DNA from: Mobula hypostoma
Lineage: Eukaryota
NCBI RefSeq assembly: GCF_963921235.1
Contig: NC_086097.1
Coordinates: forward strand, 235,850,001 to 235,914,000
Reading direction: 5' to 3'
DNA length: 64,000 nt
Position 1 is the stretch's first letter. Each line of letters opens with the position of its first letter. The position numbers and the translations under genes are program-made. Below, piece by piece: positions 38,749-50,990 of the stretch. The notes under the pieces are model-generated. The model saw nothing but the letters and a program-made list of their open reading frames with translations, was not told where the DNA came from and searched no databases.

Positions 38749-39528
38749 TTATGCGGAAGCTGGTGGGGTGATAGGTGAGCACAAAAGGAACCTATTCCTG
38801 GTAAGGTGATGGGAGGATGGGGTAAGAGTTAACATGCGAGAAATGGAAGAGATGCGATTGAGGGCTGCGTTGACGGTGGAGGAAGACAAGCCCCTTTCTT
38901 TGAAGAAGGAGGACATCTCCTTTGTTCTGGTATGAAAAGCTTTACCCTGAGAGAAAATGCTGCAGAGACAAAGAAATTGAGAGAAGGGAATGGCGTGTTT
39001 ACAAGTTACTAGATGGGAAGAGGCATAGTCCAGGTAGCTGAGAGAATCCATGGATTTGTAATAGACATCAGTATATAAGCTGTCTCCAGAGATAGAGGGA
39101 TCAAGAAAGGGGAGGCAAGTGTCAGAAATGGACAAGGTAAATTTCAGGGCAGAATGGAAGTTGGAGGCAAAATGGATGAAGTCGATGAGTTCAGCATGGG
39201 TACAGGAAGCAGCACCAATGCAGTCGTCGATGTAGCGTAGGAAAAGTGGGGGACGGTCACCAGTGCAGGCTTGCAACATAGACTGTTCCACGTAGCTGAC
39301 AAGTAGGCAGGCACAGTTGAGACCCATGCGAGTGCCCATGGCTACAACTTTTGTTTGAAGGAAGTGGGAGGGGCCAAAGGAGAAATCATTTAGACTGAGG
39401 AAAAGTTCTGCTAGGTGGAGGAGAGTTGTGGTGGAGGAGAACTGGTTGGGTCTGGTGTCCAGGAAGAAATGGAGAGCTTTGAGGCCTTCCTGGTGAGGGA
39501 TGGAGGTGTATAGGGACTGGACATCCAT
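38749..39528 (-). pseudogene. Penelope-type reverse transcriptase
   Basis: MDVQSLYTSIPH, VAMGTRMG, FLRYIDDC, LKFT, YLDYASSH. Confidence 0.9.
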
Positions 39529-40899
39529 AGTAAAAATAAGATGATGGGGGTCAGGACACTTGAGAGCATGTGAGGTGCCACGGATGTAGGTGGGAAAGGA
39601 CCTATGGGGGATAAATCAGAGTTGAGGTATGCATATATGAGTTCAGTGGGGCAAGAACAAGCTGAAACAATGAAACACTGAACAAGTGGGTTTCCGGATC
39701 TTGGGTAGGAGGTAAAAACAGGGCTTAAAAACAGGAGGTGCAGAGTGCGGGAACTATGAGTTTGATGGCGGAGGATGGGAGATACCCAGAGTCAATAATG
39801 TTGGTAATTGTGTTAAAGATAATGACCTGATGTTCCTTAGTGGGGTCCTCTTCAAGGGGCAAGTAAGAGGAGGTGTCTGTGAGTTGCCACTGGGCCTTAG
39901 CAAGGAAGAAGTTAGTATACCAGACTGCTATATCACTTCACTCATCTGCGGGTTTGATGGTGAGGTTAGAATTGATGCAGAGGGAGAGGATCTTCCATTT
40001 CATGCACGTCTGCCACCCTATCCTCCCGCCACCCTACCAGTGATAGGATTTCTCTTGTCCTGACCTACCACCCCAACAACCTCCACACCCAGCTCATAAT
40101 TCTCTGCAACTTCTGCCATCTCCAACACAATCCCACCACCAAGCACATCTTTCCTTCCCCCACCTTTCTGCTTTCTGCAGGGATCTCTCCCTACACAACT
40201 CCTTTTTGTACTCTTATCTCCCCATTGATCTCCCTCCTGACAGTTATCCTTGCAAGCGGAACAAGTACTACACCTGCCCCTACACCACCTCCTTCACTAC
40301 CATTCAGGGCCCCAAACAGTCCTTCCAAGTGAGGCAACTCTTCACCTGTGAGTCTGTTGGGGCCATTTACTGTGTCCAGTGCTCCCGGCGTGGCCTCCTG
40401 TATATCACTGAGACCCAACGTAGATTGGGAGACCACTTCACTGAGCACATACACTCTATTGCCAGAAAAAGGGGTATCTCCCAGTGGCCACCCATTTTAA
40501 TTCCATTTCCCATTGCCATTCCGATATGCTTACCCATGGCCTCCTCTACTGTTGTGATGAGGCCACACTCAGGTTGGAGGAACAACCCTTATATTCCCTG
40601 AGGGTAGCCTCCAACCTGATGGCACGAGAAGTGATTTCTTGAACTTCTGGTAATGTGCCCTGCCCCCCTTCACTATTCCCCATCCCCTTTTCCTTCTCTC
40701 ACCTAATCTCTTTGACCACACAATGCCTCCCTTTGGTGCTCCTCCCCTATTATTTCTTTCTTCCATGGCCTTCTGTCCTCTTCTGTCAGACTCCCCCTTC
40801 TCCAGCCCTGTATCTCTTTCACCAATCAATTTACCAGCTCTTTACTTCATCCCTCCCCTTTGAGGTTTCACCAAACATCTTGAGATACCTATCACTTCA

Positions 40900-42030
40900 G
40901 CATTTAATGCTATCATTCCCTCAATCCTGAGTCAGAAGTTGCAGAACCTGGGCCTCTGTACCTCGCTCTGCAATTGGATCCTCGACTTCCTAACTGGAAG
41001 ACCACAATCTGTGTGGATTGGTGATAATATATCCTCCTCACTGACAATCAACACTGGCACATCTCAGGGGTGTGTGCTTAGCCCACTGCTCTGCTCTTTA
41101 TATGCACATGACTGTGTGGCTAGGCACAGCTCAAATAACATCTATAAATTTGCTGATGATACAACCATTGTTGGTAGAATCTCAGGTGGTGATGAGAAGG
41201 CGTACAGGAGTGAGATATGCCAACTAGTGGAGTGGTACCACAGCAACAACCTGGCACTCAACGTCAGTAAAATGAAAGAGCTGATTGTGGACTTCAGGAA
41301 GGGTAAGATGAAGGAACCCATGCCAATCCTCATAGAGGGATCAGAAGTGGAGAGAGTGAGCAGTTTCAAGTTCCTGGGTGTCAAGATCTCTGAGGATCTA
41401 ACCTGGTTCCAACATATAGATGTAATTATAAAGAAAGCAAGACAGCAGCTATACTTCATTAGGAACTTGAGGAGATTTGGCATGTCAATAAATGCGCTCA
41501 AAAATTTCTATAGATGTACCGTGGACGGCATTCTAACAGGCTGCATCACTGTCTGGTCTGGAGGGGCTACTGCACAGGACCGAAAGAAGCTGCAGAGGGT
41601 TGTAAATTTAGTCAGCCCCATCTTGGGTACTAGCCTACATAGTACCCAGGACATCTTCAGGGAGCGGTGTCTCAGAAAGACAGTGTCCATTATTATGGAC
41701 CTCCAGCACCCAGGGCATGCCCTTTTTGTACTGTTACCATCAGGCAGGAGGTACAAAAGCCTAAAGGCACACTCTCTGGGATTCAGGAATAGCTTCCTCC
41801 CCTCTGCCATCCAATTCCCAAGTGGACATTGAATCCTTGGACACTACTTCACTTTTTAAAAATATACATACTGATATTGCACATTTTTAATCTATTCAAT
41901 ATATGTATACTGTTATTTATTTATTTATTTATTTATTTTTCTCTTCTATATTATGTATTGCATTGAACTGCTGCTGCTAAATTCATAAATTTCACGTCAC
42001 ATGCTGGTGATAATAAACCTGATTCTGATT
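40900..42030 (+). mobile_element. Rex1/Babar-like LINE nested in the Penelope plus arm, open 297-aa frame
   Basis: ORF 40939..41832 [27 protein letters not shown]; tail aataaacctgattctgattct. Confidence 0.88.
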
Positions 42031-45000
42031 CTCTTTCCTGTCCCCCCAACTTTTAAACCTACTCCTCGGCTTTTTTTTTTTCCCAGTCCTGTCGAAGGGT
42101 CTCACCCTGAAATGTCAACTGTACTCTTTCCCATAGATGCTGCCAGGCCTGTTGAGTTCCTCCAGCATTTTGTGTGTGTTTCTTGGATTTCTAGCATCTG
42201 CAGATTTTCTCTTGTTAGTGATCACAATATGATTGAGTTCAACTTGAAATCTGATCAGGAGAAATTTAAGTCTAAGTTAGCAATATTTCACTGGAGTAAA
42301 GGAAATTACAGTGGTATGAGAGATAAGTTGGCCAATGTAAATTGGAGGGAGATGCTGGCATGGATGACAGCAGAGCAGCAATGGCATAGCTCCTGCGATA
42401 AACGAGGAAGGTGCAGAACAGATATATTCCAAAAACAAAGCAATGCTCAAATGGCAAATTAGTACAGCCGTGACTGACAAGGGGAGTCAAACTTAATGTA
42501 AGAGCAAAAGCGATGGCATACAACAAAGCAACAATTCGCAGGAAGATAGATGATTGGGAAGCTTTTAAAAACCATCAGAGAGAAAATGAAAGAATCATTA
42601 GGAGGGAAAAGATGAAATAGGCAAGCAAGCAAGCAAACAATATCGAAGTGGATAGTAAAAGCTTTTTCAAGTATGTAAACAATAAAAGAGCGAAATAAAG
42701 AACCATTGAAAAATGAAGCCAGAGAGATAATAATGGGAGACAAGGAAATGGCAGATGAACTAGATGATTATTTTGCATTAGTCTTTATTGTGGAAGACAC
42801 TAACAGTGTGCCAGACGTTGTAGTGTGTGACAGAAGAGAAGCAAGTGAAATTACTGTTACAAGGGAGAAGGTGCTCAAAAAGCTGAAAAACCTAAGGGTA
42901 AATAAGTCATCCATACTAGATGAACTATACCTTAGGGTTCAGAAAGCAGTAGTGGTAGAGATTATGGAGGCATTAGTAATAATCTTTCAAAAATAACTGT
43001 TCCCTGGCATAGTGCCAGACGATTGGAAAAATTGCCAATGTCACTTCACTCTTTAAGAAAGGAGGAAAGTATAGACCTGTTAGCCTGACCTCAGTGCTTG
43101 GGCAGATGTTGGGTCAATTGTTAAGGATGAGGTGATAGAGTACTTGGTGACATAGGACAAGATAAGACAAAGTTAGCATGGTTTCCTTAGGGGGAAATCT
43201 TGCCTGATGAACCTGTTGGAATTCTTTGAGGAGATTACAAGTAGGATAAAGTGGATGCAGTGGAAGGCCTTTGACAAGGTGCCATACATGAGGTGAGTGG
43301 GAATAAAAGGATCTTTTTCTGGTTGACAGCCAGTGTCTGGAAGTGTTCAACAGCGGTCAGTGTTGGGACTGCTTCCTTTAATGCTGTATGTCAGTGATTT
43401 AGATGATGGAATAGATGGCTTTGTTGCCAAGTTTGCAGATGATACAAAGATTGGTGGAAGAGCAGGTAGTGTTGAGGAAACAGGTCGACTGTAGGAGGAC
43501 TTAAACAGATTAGGAGAATGGTCAAGAAGATGGTAAATGAAATATAATGTAGGAATATCTGTGACGTGAAATTTATGAACTTAGCAGCAGCAGTTCAATG
43601 CAATACATAATATAGAAGAGAAAATAAATAAATAATAATAATAATAATGCAGAAGTAATTTATTTCTAGTAGTAGAAATAAATGTGCAGACTATTTTCCA
43701 AATGGGGAGAAAATCCAAAAATCTGAGATGCAAAGGGACTTGGCAGTCCTTGTGCAGAACACCTGAAAGATTAACTTGCAGGTTGAGTTGGTGGTCAGGA
43801 AGGCAAATGCAATGTTAGCATTCATTTCAGGTGATCTCGAATACAAGAGCAAGGATGTAATGTTAAGACTTTATAAGGCCTCACTTGAGTATTGTGAATA
43901 GTTTTGGGCTCCTTATCTAAGAAAAGATGTGCTGGCATTGGTGAGGATTCAAAGGACGTTCACAAGGAAGATTAACACATGAAGGGTTAACACATGAAGA
44001 ACATTTGATGGCTCTGGGCCTGTACTCACTGAAATTTCAGGTGAGGGAGCTTTCATTTAGGCCTTGTGAATGTTAAAAGGCCTAAACAGAGTAGATGTGG
44101 AAAGGATATTTCTCATGACTGGGGAATCTGGGACAAAAGGGCACAGCCACAGAATAGAGGGGCGTCCATTTAAAACAGAGATATGGACAAATTTCTTTTG
44201 CCAGTGGGTGATGAACTTCTCGAACTGGTTACCGCAGGCAGCTGTGGGAGCCAGTTTCTTCGGTGTATTTAACGCAGAGCTTGACAGGTTCTTGATTGGG
44301 CACAGCATCAAATGTTACATGGAGAAGGCTGAGATGTGGGGCTGAGGAGGGGAAAAAAGCATCAGCCATGATTGAATGGTGGAACAGACTCGATGGGCCA
44401 ACTGGCCTAATTCTGCTTATTGTCTTATGATGGATGATTGCGAGATAGTCCTCAAGCAAATACATTTAATATCCTTTATCATTCATCATTTGAAGAAGAT
44501 TGAGCAAGCATTTTTCTCAAGAATAGATCCAAATATAATAAAAATTGAATAAATGACACGATAGCAGTTTTTGGGAACATGATGAGCCCTGTGTTGGCTT
44601 GTACATCTCTTATCAATAAACAGCTGCAAGTTAGAGTTCCAACAAATTGGTAAGAGTTTCATCTAATTTTATGTGGTTCATCTGTTTTTATGATATATGG
44701 TGGATTGTTTCATTTTCAGATGTACTAAACACATAATATCTTCCAAACGCTTGCATTGGTCATAATGAATCATTTGTCTCATAGCTTACGGATGCCAGCA
44801 TGTGAACGGGATACGAGTAAACTACCTCAGTAAAAAGAAATCAAAAAATATTTGCACGGAAGTCGTTTAATTTTTCACATAAAATATTGAATCTTTCTGA
44901 GTGTGGCATATAATTTGAAGCAAAACTGTAGTTGCTCAGCCACAGATTCAAGCTGTCGTTCAGGATACATTGATACTTCCATGTGGCAGAATGATGTAGG

Positions 45001-45080
45001 ACTGGTGACCTTAGCGTAACCTATATTATATTGATTGTTGCCAGTTGATGATGCTACCAACTGCAATCTATGAATGTATG

Positions 45081-45635
45081 TACTCAGTGGCCACTTCATT
45101 AGCTATTTTCTGTACCTAATAACGCGGCCACTGAGTGTAGGTTCATGGTCTTCTGCTGTTGTAGCTCATCCTCTTTAAGGTTCAACATGATGTACCTTCA
45201 GAGATGCTCTTCTACACACCATTGTCATAACAATGGTCATTTGTGTTACTGTCACCTTCCTGTCAGCTTGAACCAGTATAGTCACTCTTCTCTGACCTCT
45301 CTCATTAACAAGCTGATTTCACCCTCAGAACTGCCGTTCAACGGATTTTCGTTCTTTGCACTGCTCTCGGTACACTCCAGAGACTGTTGTGCATGAAAAT
45401 CTGAGGGTTCAGCAGTTTCTGAGATACTCAAACCACGCCAACTGGCACCAACAACCATTCCACTGTCAAAGTCACTTAGGTCACTCCTTTTGATGTTTGG
45501 TTTGAACAACAACTGAACATCTTGACCAAGTCTGTATTCTTTTATGCACTGAATTGATGCAACATGATTGGCCGATTAGATATTTGCATTAACAAGCAGA
45601 TGTACGGATGTATCTAATAAAATGATGACTGAGTG
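45081..45635 (-). mobile_element. Tc1-family non-autonomous DNA transposon
   Basis: TIR-like actcagtggccacttcattag / ctaataaaatgatgactgagtg followed by TA; peptide DLSDFDSGMVVGASWRGLSISETA resembles a Tc1 transposase N-terminal HTH. Confidence 0.75.
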
Positions 45636-46697
45636 TAGTGGATATTGGTGTTATTTCAAGTTGGGAATTTGAGACATTATCTGTCTGCTTCTTTGAAGCA
45701 AATGTAGCCATGCTGCTACAGTGTTGGGTAGGTTCCATGTTGTATCTGTACAGTAACAGCTTAGCTGGAGTTCCAGTCAGTTCTGTAGTGTAAATCTTCA
45801 GGACAGCAGCTGGAATGTTATCTTAATACTAGGTGCAATGCTTTCACCCATTTCTTGATATCACGTGGAGTCAAATTGACTAACTGATGATTGACTACTG
45901 TGATGCTGAGAATCTCAGGAGAAGGTTAAAATGAATCATCCACTTGTCCCTGCTGGGTGACCATAGTTGTGAATGGTGCAGTCTTGAGCAGTGTTGTTCA
46001 CAATAGTAATTTCATGAGTTAGATATAGAATCATTTAACTCTGCTATTGATGCGCTTTATGTTTTTATGTTCTGTGTTTTCACTCTTACTTTCTTGTTGC
46101 AGTTTGTGTGATTTGATTTTATTGCGCATCAGGGCTTTTGATGTTAATACCTTCACCGTTTTATTTGTGAAAACCTAGACTAATAAATGTACCTTGAACC
46201 TTGTCCTGCAGATACACCAGGATGGAGCCTCCCAGCATACCCTCATTTACTTCACTTAGTCCACGGTTGATCCCTTGTTTCCAACACAAGTGTGAGGGAC
46301 CTATCAGGTCAGAGGTTGTTATGGTGTGCATTTCTGTTGCTGCTAATGGTCCACAACATCTCTTGAATATATAGCTTTGTTGTTGGAATCATTGTCAGGT
46401 TTAATATCACAGACATACGTCATGAAATTTGTTTTGCAGCAACAGCACAGTGTAAGATATAAAATTACTATAAGTTACAAAATAAACAGAACACAATGGG
46501 AATAATGAAGTAGTATTCATTGGTTTATGGGACTGCCTGTAATCACGGCTATCCTAACGTTGCCTGTGTTGTTCTGCTGTGTGGGCATACAATGTTGGTG
46601 ATGGAATATTTGACAACACTTGCAGGCTCGACCCCCACACATCCTTATTTTGTTTTGGCAATTAACACAAATGATGCATTCAACAGTATGTTTCAAT

Positions 46698-47182
46698 CAA
46701 CACACATCAAAGTTGCTGGTGAACTCAGCAGGCCAGGCAGCATCTCTAGGAAGAGGTACAGTGGACGTTTCAGGCTGAGACCCTTCGTCAGGACTAACTG
46801 AAGGAAGAGTTAGTAAGAGATTTGAAAGTGGGAGGGGGAGGGGGAGATCCAAAATGATAGGAGAAGACAGGAGGGGGAGGGATGGAGCCAAGAGCTGTAC
46901 AGGTGATTGGCAAAGGAGATATGAGAGGATCATGGGACAGGAGGTCCGGGGAGAAAGACGGGGGGGGGGGTGGGAACCAGAAGCTGGGCAAGGGGTATAG
47001 TCAGAGGGACAGAGGGAGAAAAAGGAGAGTGAGAGAAAGAATGTGTGTATAAAAATAAATAACAGATGGGGTACGAGGGGGAGGTGGGGCATTAGCGGAG
47101 GTTAGAGAAGTCGATGTTCATGCCATCAGGTTGGAGGCTACCGGGACGGAATATAAGGTATTGCTCCTCCAACCTGTTGTTT
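46698..47182 (-). mobile_element. Penelope terminal fragment with 13-bp TSD
   Basis: TSD agtatgtttcaat (46685-46697, 47183-47195); shares atgccatcaggttggaggctacc and terminal motifs with the other copies. Confidence 0.88.
46760..46795 (-). ncRNA. Minimal type I hammerhead ribozyme motif (Penelope-associated)
   Basis: Minus strand agtc CTGACGA agg-gtctcag-cct GAAAC GTC cact: intact core boxes, 3-bp stem II, palindromic ACGT stem III; one mismatch in stem I. Confidence 0.7.
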
Positions 47183-47299
47183 AGTATGTTTCAATGTTCA
47201 TCTGATAAAGAAATTAATCTAAATCTGAATATGACTAATGTATCCTAGTACCCAGATGTTACTTGATTACCTTATTCTGTATACAGTGTGCTATTTGAA

Positions 47300-50200
47300 T
47301 GAATACAGTATACAGAATACGGTAGATGATCTTGTAGTGCAGTTAGAGACTGGTAGATATGACATTGTGGTCATCACTGAGATGTGGCTGAAAGATCAGA
47401 ATTGTGACCTTAACATCCATGCATGGATACACCTTGTATTGAAAGTTCAGGCAGGTGGGCAAAGGGGTAAAGTGGCTCGGTTGGTAAAAAAATAAATTCA
47501 AATTCTTAGAAATTGGTGACATAGGAACAGAAGATGTAGAATTATTGTGGATTGAGTTAAGAAACTGCAAGGGTACAAAAACCCTGTTGGTAGTTATATG
47601 CAGGCCAGCAAATAGCTGGGATGTAGGATACAAATTACAATGGGAGATAGAAAAAGGCATGTTAAAGGGGCAATGTTACGATAGTCAATGTGCAGGTAGA
47701 TTGGGAAAATCAGGTTGGTGCTGGATCTCAAGTGAAGGAATTTGTAAAATGCACACGAGATGGCTTTTTAGAGCAGGTTGTGGTTAAGCCCACTAGGAAA
47801 TAGCAGTTCTGGGTTGAGTGTTAAGTAATGACTCAGATTTGATTAAGACATGAAAAGGGCAGAAAAAATAAAATCATGCAAACAATAAAATAAGCAAAGA
47901 ACATTCAGAGCAGAGATGAATAAACATTAGAGACAGAGAGCGGATCACCTGTCCATCCCTCTCCTGCAGCTCTGACACCCAGACCTTCAGTCTGGCCTAT
48001 GCTTAAATCTGCCAAACAGAGGGTTATTGCTCACTCTTGGACCCCGGCCCTAGCTCTTTGATACCTTCTCAGGCCCGGGACCCTGCTGCCAGGACTCTGC
48101 TTCTCCTCAGTTCTGCCAATTTGAATTGCCTCCAAGTCCGCTAAAGCAATAGGCAAACATTGGTTCGTTCTCTACTCTCGGGCTTGAAGCCCCCTGACAC
48201 AATTGAGTCTGTACACAACACATCGCAATTGTCCTGCACCTTTGTAACTTCAGTTCACACCTCGAAAATGCCAGGTCATTCAGGAAGTTCAAAAACTCAA
48301 CTCCAAAAGGAGTTATTGATTTGCAGTGATCTTTTTTTAAGAAAATATGTGATTAATAAAGTAGTTAATAGTTTTGTTTGCAGCCAGCAAGTCATTACTA
48401 TGTTTCACCAGTGCCATCTTAAACAGCAATGGCTGGAATTTCTGGGGACAATTCAGAAGGTGCATGATAGAAGCACCCCAAAAATGACGAAGTATTCTAA
48501 AGGGAAGCACAGGCAACTGTGGCTGACAAGGGAAGTCAAAAACAGCATAAAAGCAAAGGAGAGTGCATACAATATTGCAAAAATTAGCAGGAAGTTAGAT
48601 GATTGAGAAGCTTTTAATAAATCAACAGAAGGCAACTAAAAAACCATAAGGAGAAAGAAGATGAAATACAAAGGGAAGCTAGCCAATAATATAAAACAGG
48701 ATACCAAAGTGTTTTTTTTAGATATATAAAAGGTAAAAGAGATATCGGATCTCTGAAAAATGACACTGGAGAGGTAGTAATATGGGGGCAAAGAAATGAT
48801 GGAGGAACTTCAACAACATTTTGTATCAATCTGAACTATGGAAGGCATGAGCAGTATGCCAGAAATTTGAGAGTATCAGGTGCAGAAGTGACTGTTGCTG
48901 TGATTAGTAAGGAGAAGGTGCTTGTGAAGATTAAAGGTCCGAAGGCAGATAAATCACCTGGAACAGATGCGCTACACTCTAGGGTTCTGAAAGAAGCAAC
49001 TGAAGAGATTGTCAAGGCAATAGCAATAATCTTTCTGGAACGATTCCAGATGACTGGAAAGTTTCAAATATCACTCCACTCTTTAAGAAGGGAAGGAGAC
49101 AGAAGAAAGGAAATTATAGGAAAGGTAGCCTGCATCAGTGATTGGGAAAATGTTAGAGTCTATTATTAAGGGTAAGATTTTGGGGTTCTTGGAGGCACAT
49201 ACTAAAATGGGCCTTAATCAGCATGGTTTCATTAAAGGAAAATCTTGCCTAACAAATCTGATGGAAGTCTTTGAGGAAATAACAAGCAAGATAAACAAAG
49301 CTGAGTCAGTGGATGGCGCTTAGATGGATTTTCAGAAGGCTTTTGATAAGGTGTTGTACATGAGACTGATTACCAAGATTATTACTGTTATTACTGGAAA
49401 GTTTCTAACATGGATAGAAGATTGGCTGATTGGCAGGAGGCAAAGAGTGGAAATAAAGGGAGCTTCTTCTGGTTGGCTGCTGGTGTTCTGCAGAGGTCCG
49501 TGTTGGGACCCCTTCTTTTCATATTATATGTGAATGATTTGGATAAAAAAAATTGTTGGCTTTGTGGCTATGTTTGCAGATGATACAATGATAGGTGGAG
49601 GGCATGTTGTGTTGAGGAAGCAGGGAGTCTGCAGGAATTAGAGAAATTGGGAGAATGGGCAAAGAAGTTACAGATAAGAATATAGAGTAGGAAAGTATAT
49701 GGTCATGCACTTTGATAGAGGAATGAAGGTGTAGACTATTTTCTAATGTGGAGAAAATTCAAAAATCAGAGGTGGAAAGGGACTTTGGAATCCGTGTGCA
49801 GAATTCCCTAAATGTCGACTTGCAGGTTGAGCTGGTGGTAAGGAAGGCAAATGCAATGATAGCATTCATTTCGAAAGGGCTAGATATAAATACATAGACG
49901 TAATGCTGAGGATTTATAAATCATTGGTCAGACCACATTTTGAGTATTGAGGTGCATTCTTTTAAGGTGCATCACAACCTGGTATGGAAGTTGTCCTGTC
50001 CAAGACTGGAAGAAGCTGCAGAAGATTATGAACACGGCGCAGCACATCACACAAACCAATCTTCCGTCCTTGGACTCACTTTACATCAAGGACACGACCC
50101 ACCCAGCCAACACACTTTTCATCCCTCTTCCCTCCAGGAGAAGGCTCAGGAGCTTGAAGACTCGTGTGGCCAGATTTGGAAACAGCTTCTTTCCAACTGT

Positions 50201-50990
50201 GATAAGACTGCTGAACGGATCCTGACCCGGATCTGGGCCGTACCTTCCAAACATCCGGACCTGCATCTCGGTTTTTTTGCACTACCTTACTTTCCATTCT
50301 TCTATTTTCTATTTATGATTTATAATTTAAATTTTTAATATTTACTATCGATTTGTAATCCAGGGAGCGGGAAGCACAGAATCAAATATCGCTGTGATGA
50401 TTGTACATTCTAGTATCAATTGTTTGGCAACAATAAAGTATAAAGTATTAAAGTATAGTGAGCCCTTATTGTGAGTCCTGTTTGGACCCCTTATCTCAGA
50501 AAAGTTGTGTTGGCATTGGACAGTCTCCAGAGGAAGTTCACGAGAATGATTCCGGGAATGAAAGGTATAATGTTTGAGGAGCATTTGATGGCTCTGGCCC
50601 TGTACTCTCTAGAGTTTAGAAAGATGAAGGGTGATCTTATTGAAACTTATCGACTGTTGAAAGGTCTGGAGTGGATGTGGGATTGATATATTGTGGGTGA
50701 GTCTAGGACCAGAGGACACAGCTTTAGACTAGAGAGACATCCATTTAGAACAGAAATTATGGGGATTTTCTTTAGCCAGAGGGTAGTGAATCTGGGGAAT
50801 TCATTGCCACAGGCAGCTGTGGAGGAAAGTCATTGAGTATATTTAAAGGGAAGGTTAATGGTTCTTGATTAGTCAGGGCATCAAGGATTATGGGGAGAAG
50901 AGAGGAAAACGGAGTTGAAAGGGATAATAAATCAGCCGTGATAGAAGGACTTAATTATGCTCTTATGTTTTATGGTCTTATAGTCTTATG
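47300..50990 (+). mobile_element. Degraded CR1 ORF2 (endonuclease to 3' tail) with nested pieces
   Basis: YDIVVITEMWL, WIELRNCKG...[23 protein letters not shown], tail ttatggtcttatagtctta. Confidence 0.8.
49950..50447 (+). mobile_element. Rex1/Babar-type 3' end nested in CR1
   Basis: CITTWYGSC...PLPSRRRLRS...NSFFPTVIRLLN; tail caataaagtataaagta (reverse copy at about 54265-54360). Confidence 0.75.

Larger units (their letters stand above)
37840..42216. mobile_element. Penelope-like element in inverted (two-arm) configuration
   Basis: Minus arm 37840-~39988 with RT and GIY-YIG; plus arm ~39990-42216 repeats GIY-YIG and terminus; imperfect 14-bp TSD agtgatcccattat / agtgatcacaatat. Confidence 0.85.
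35200..44430 (+). mobile_element. Near-full-length degraded CR1 LINE split by multiple nested insertions
   Basis: ORF1 esterase, endonuclease start at about 36650 (ttatatctcaatgca...aataaggtggatga), linker, RT (aagtttgcagatgatacaaag at 43430) and 3' tail are collinear across the insertions. Confidence 0.8.
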
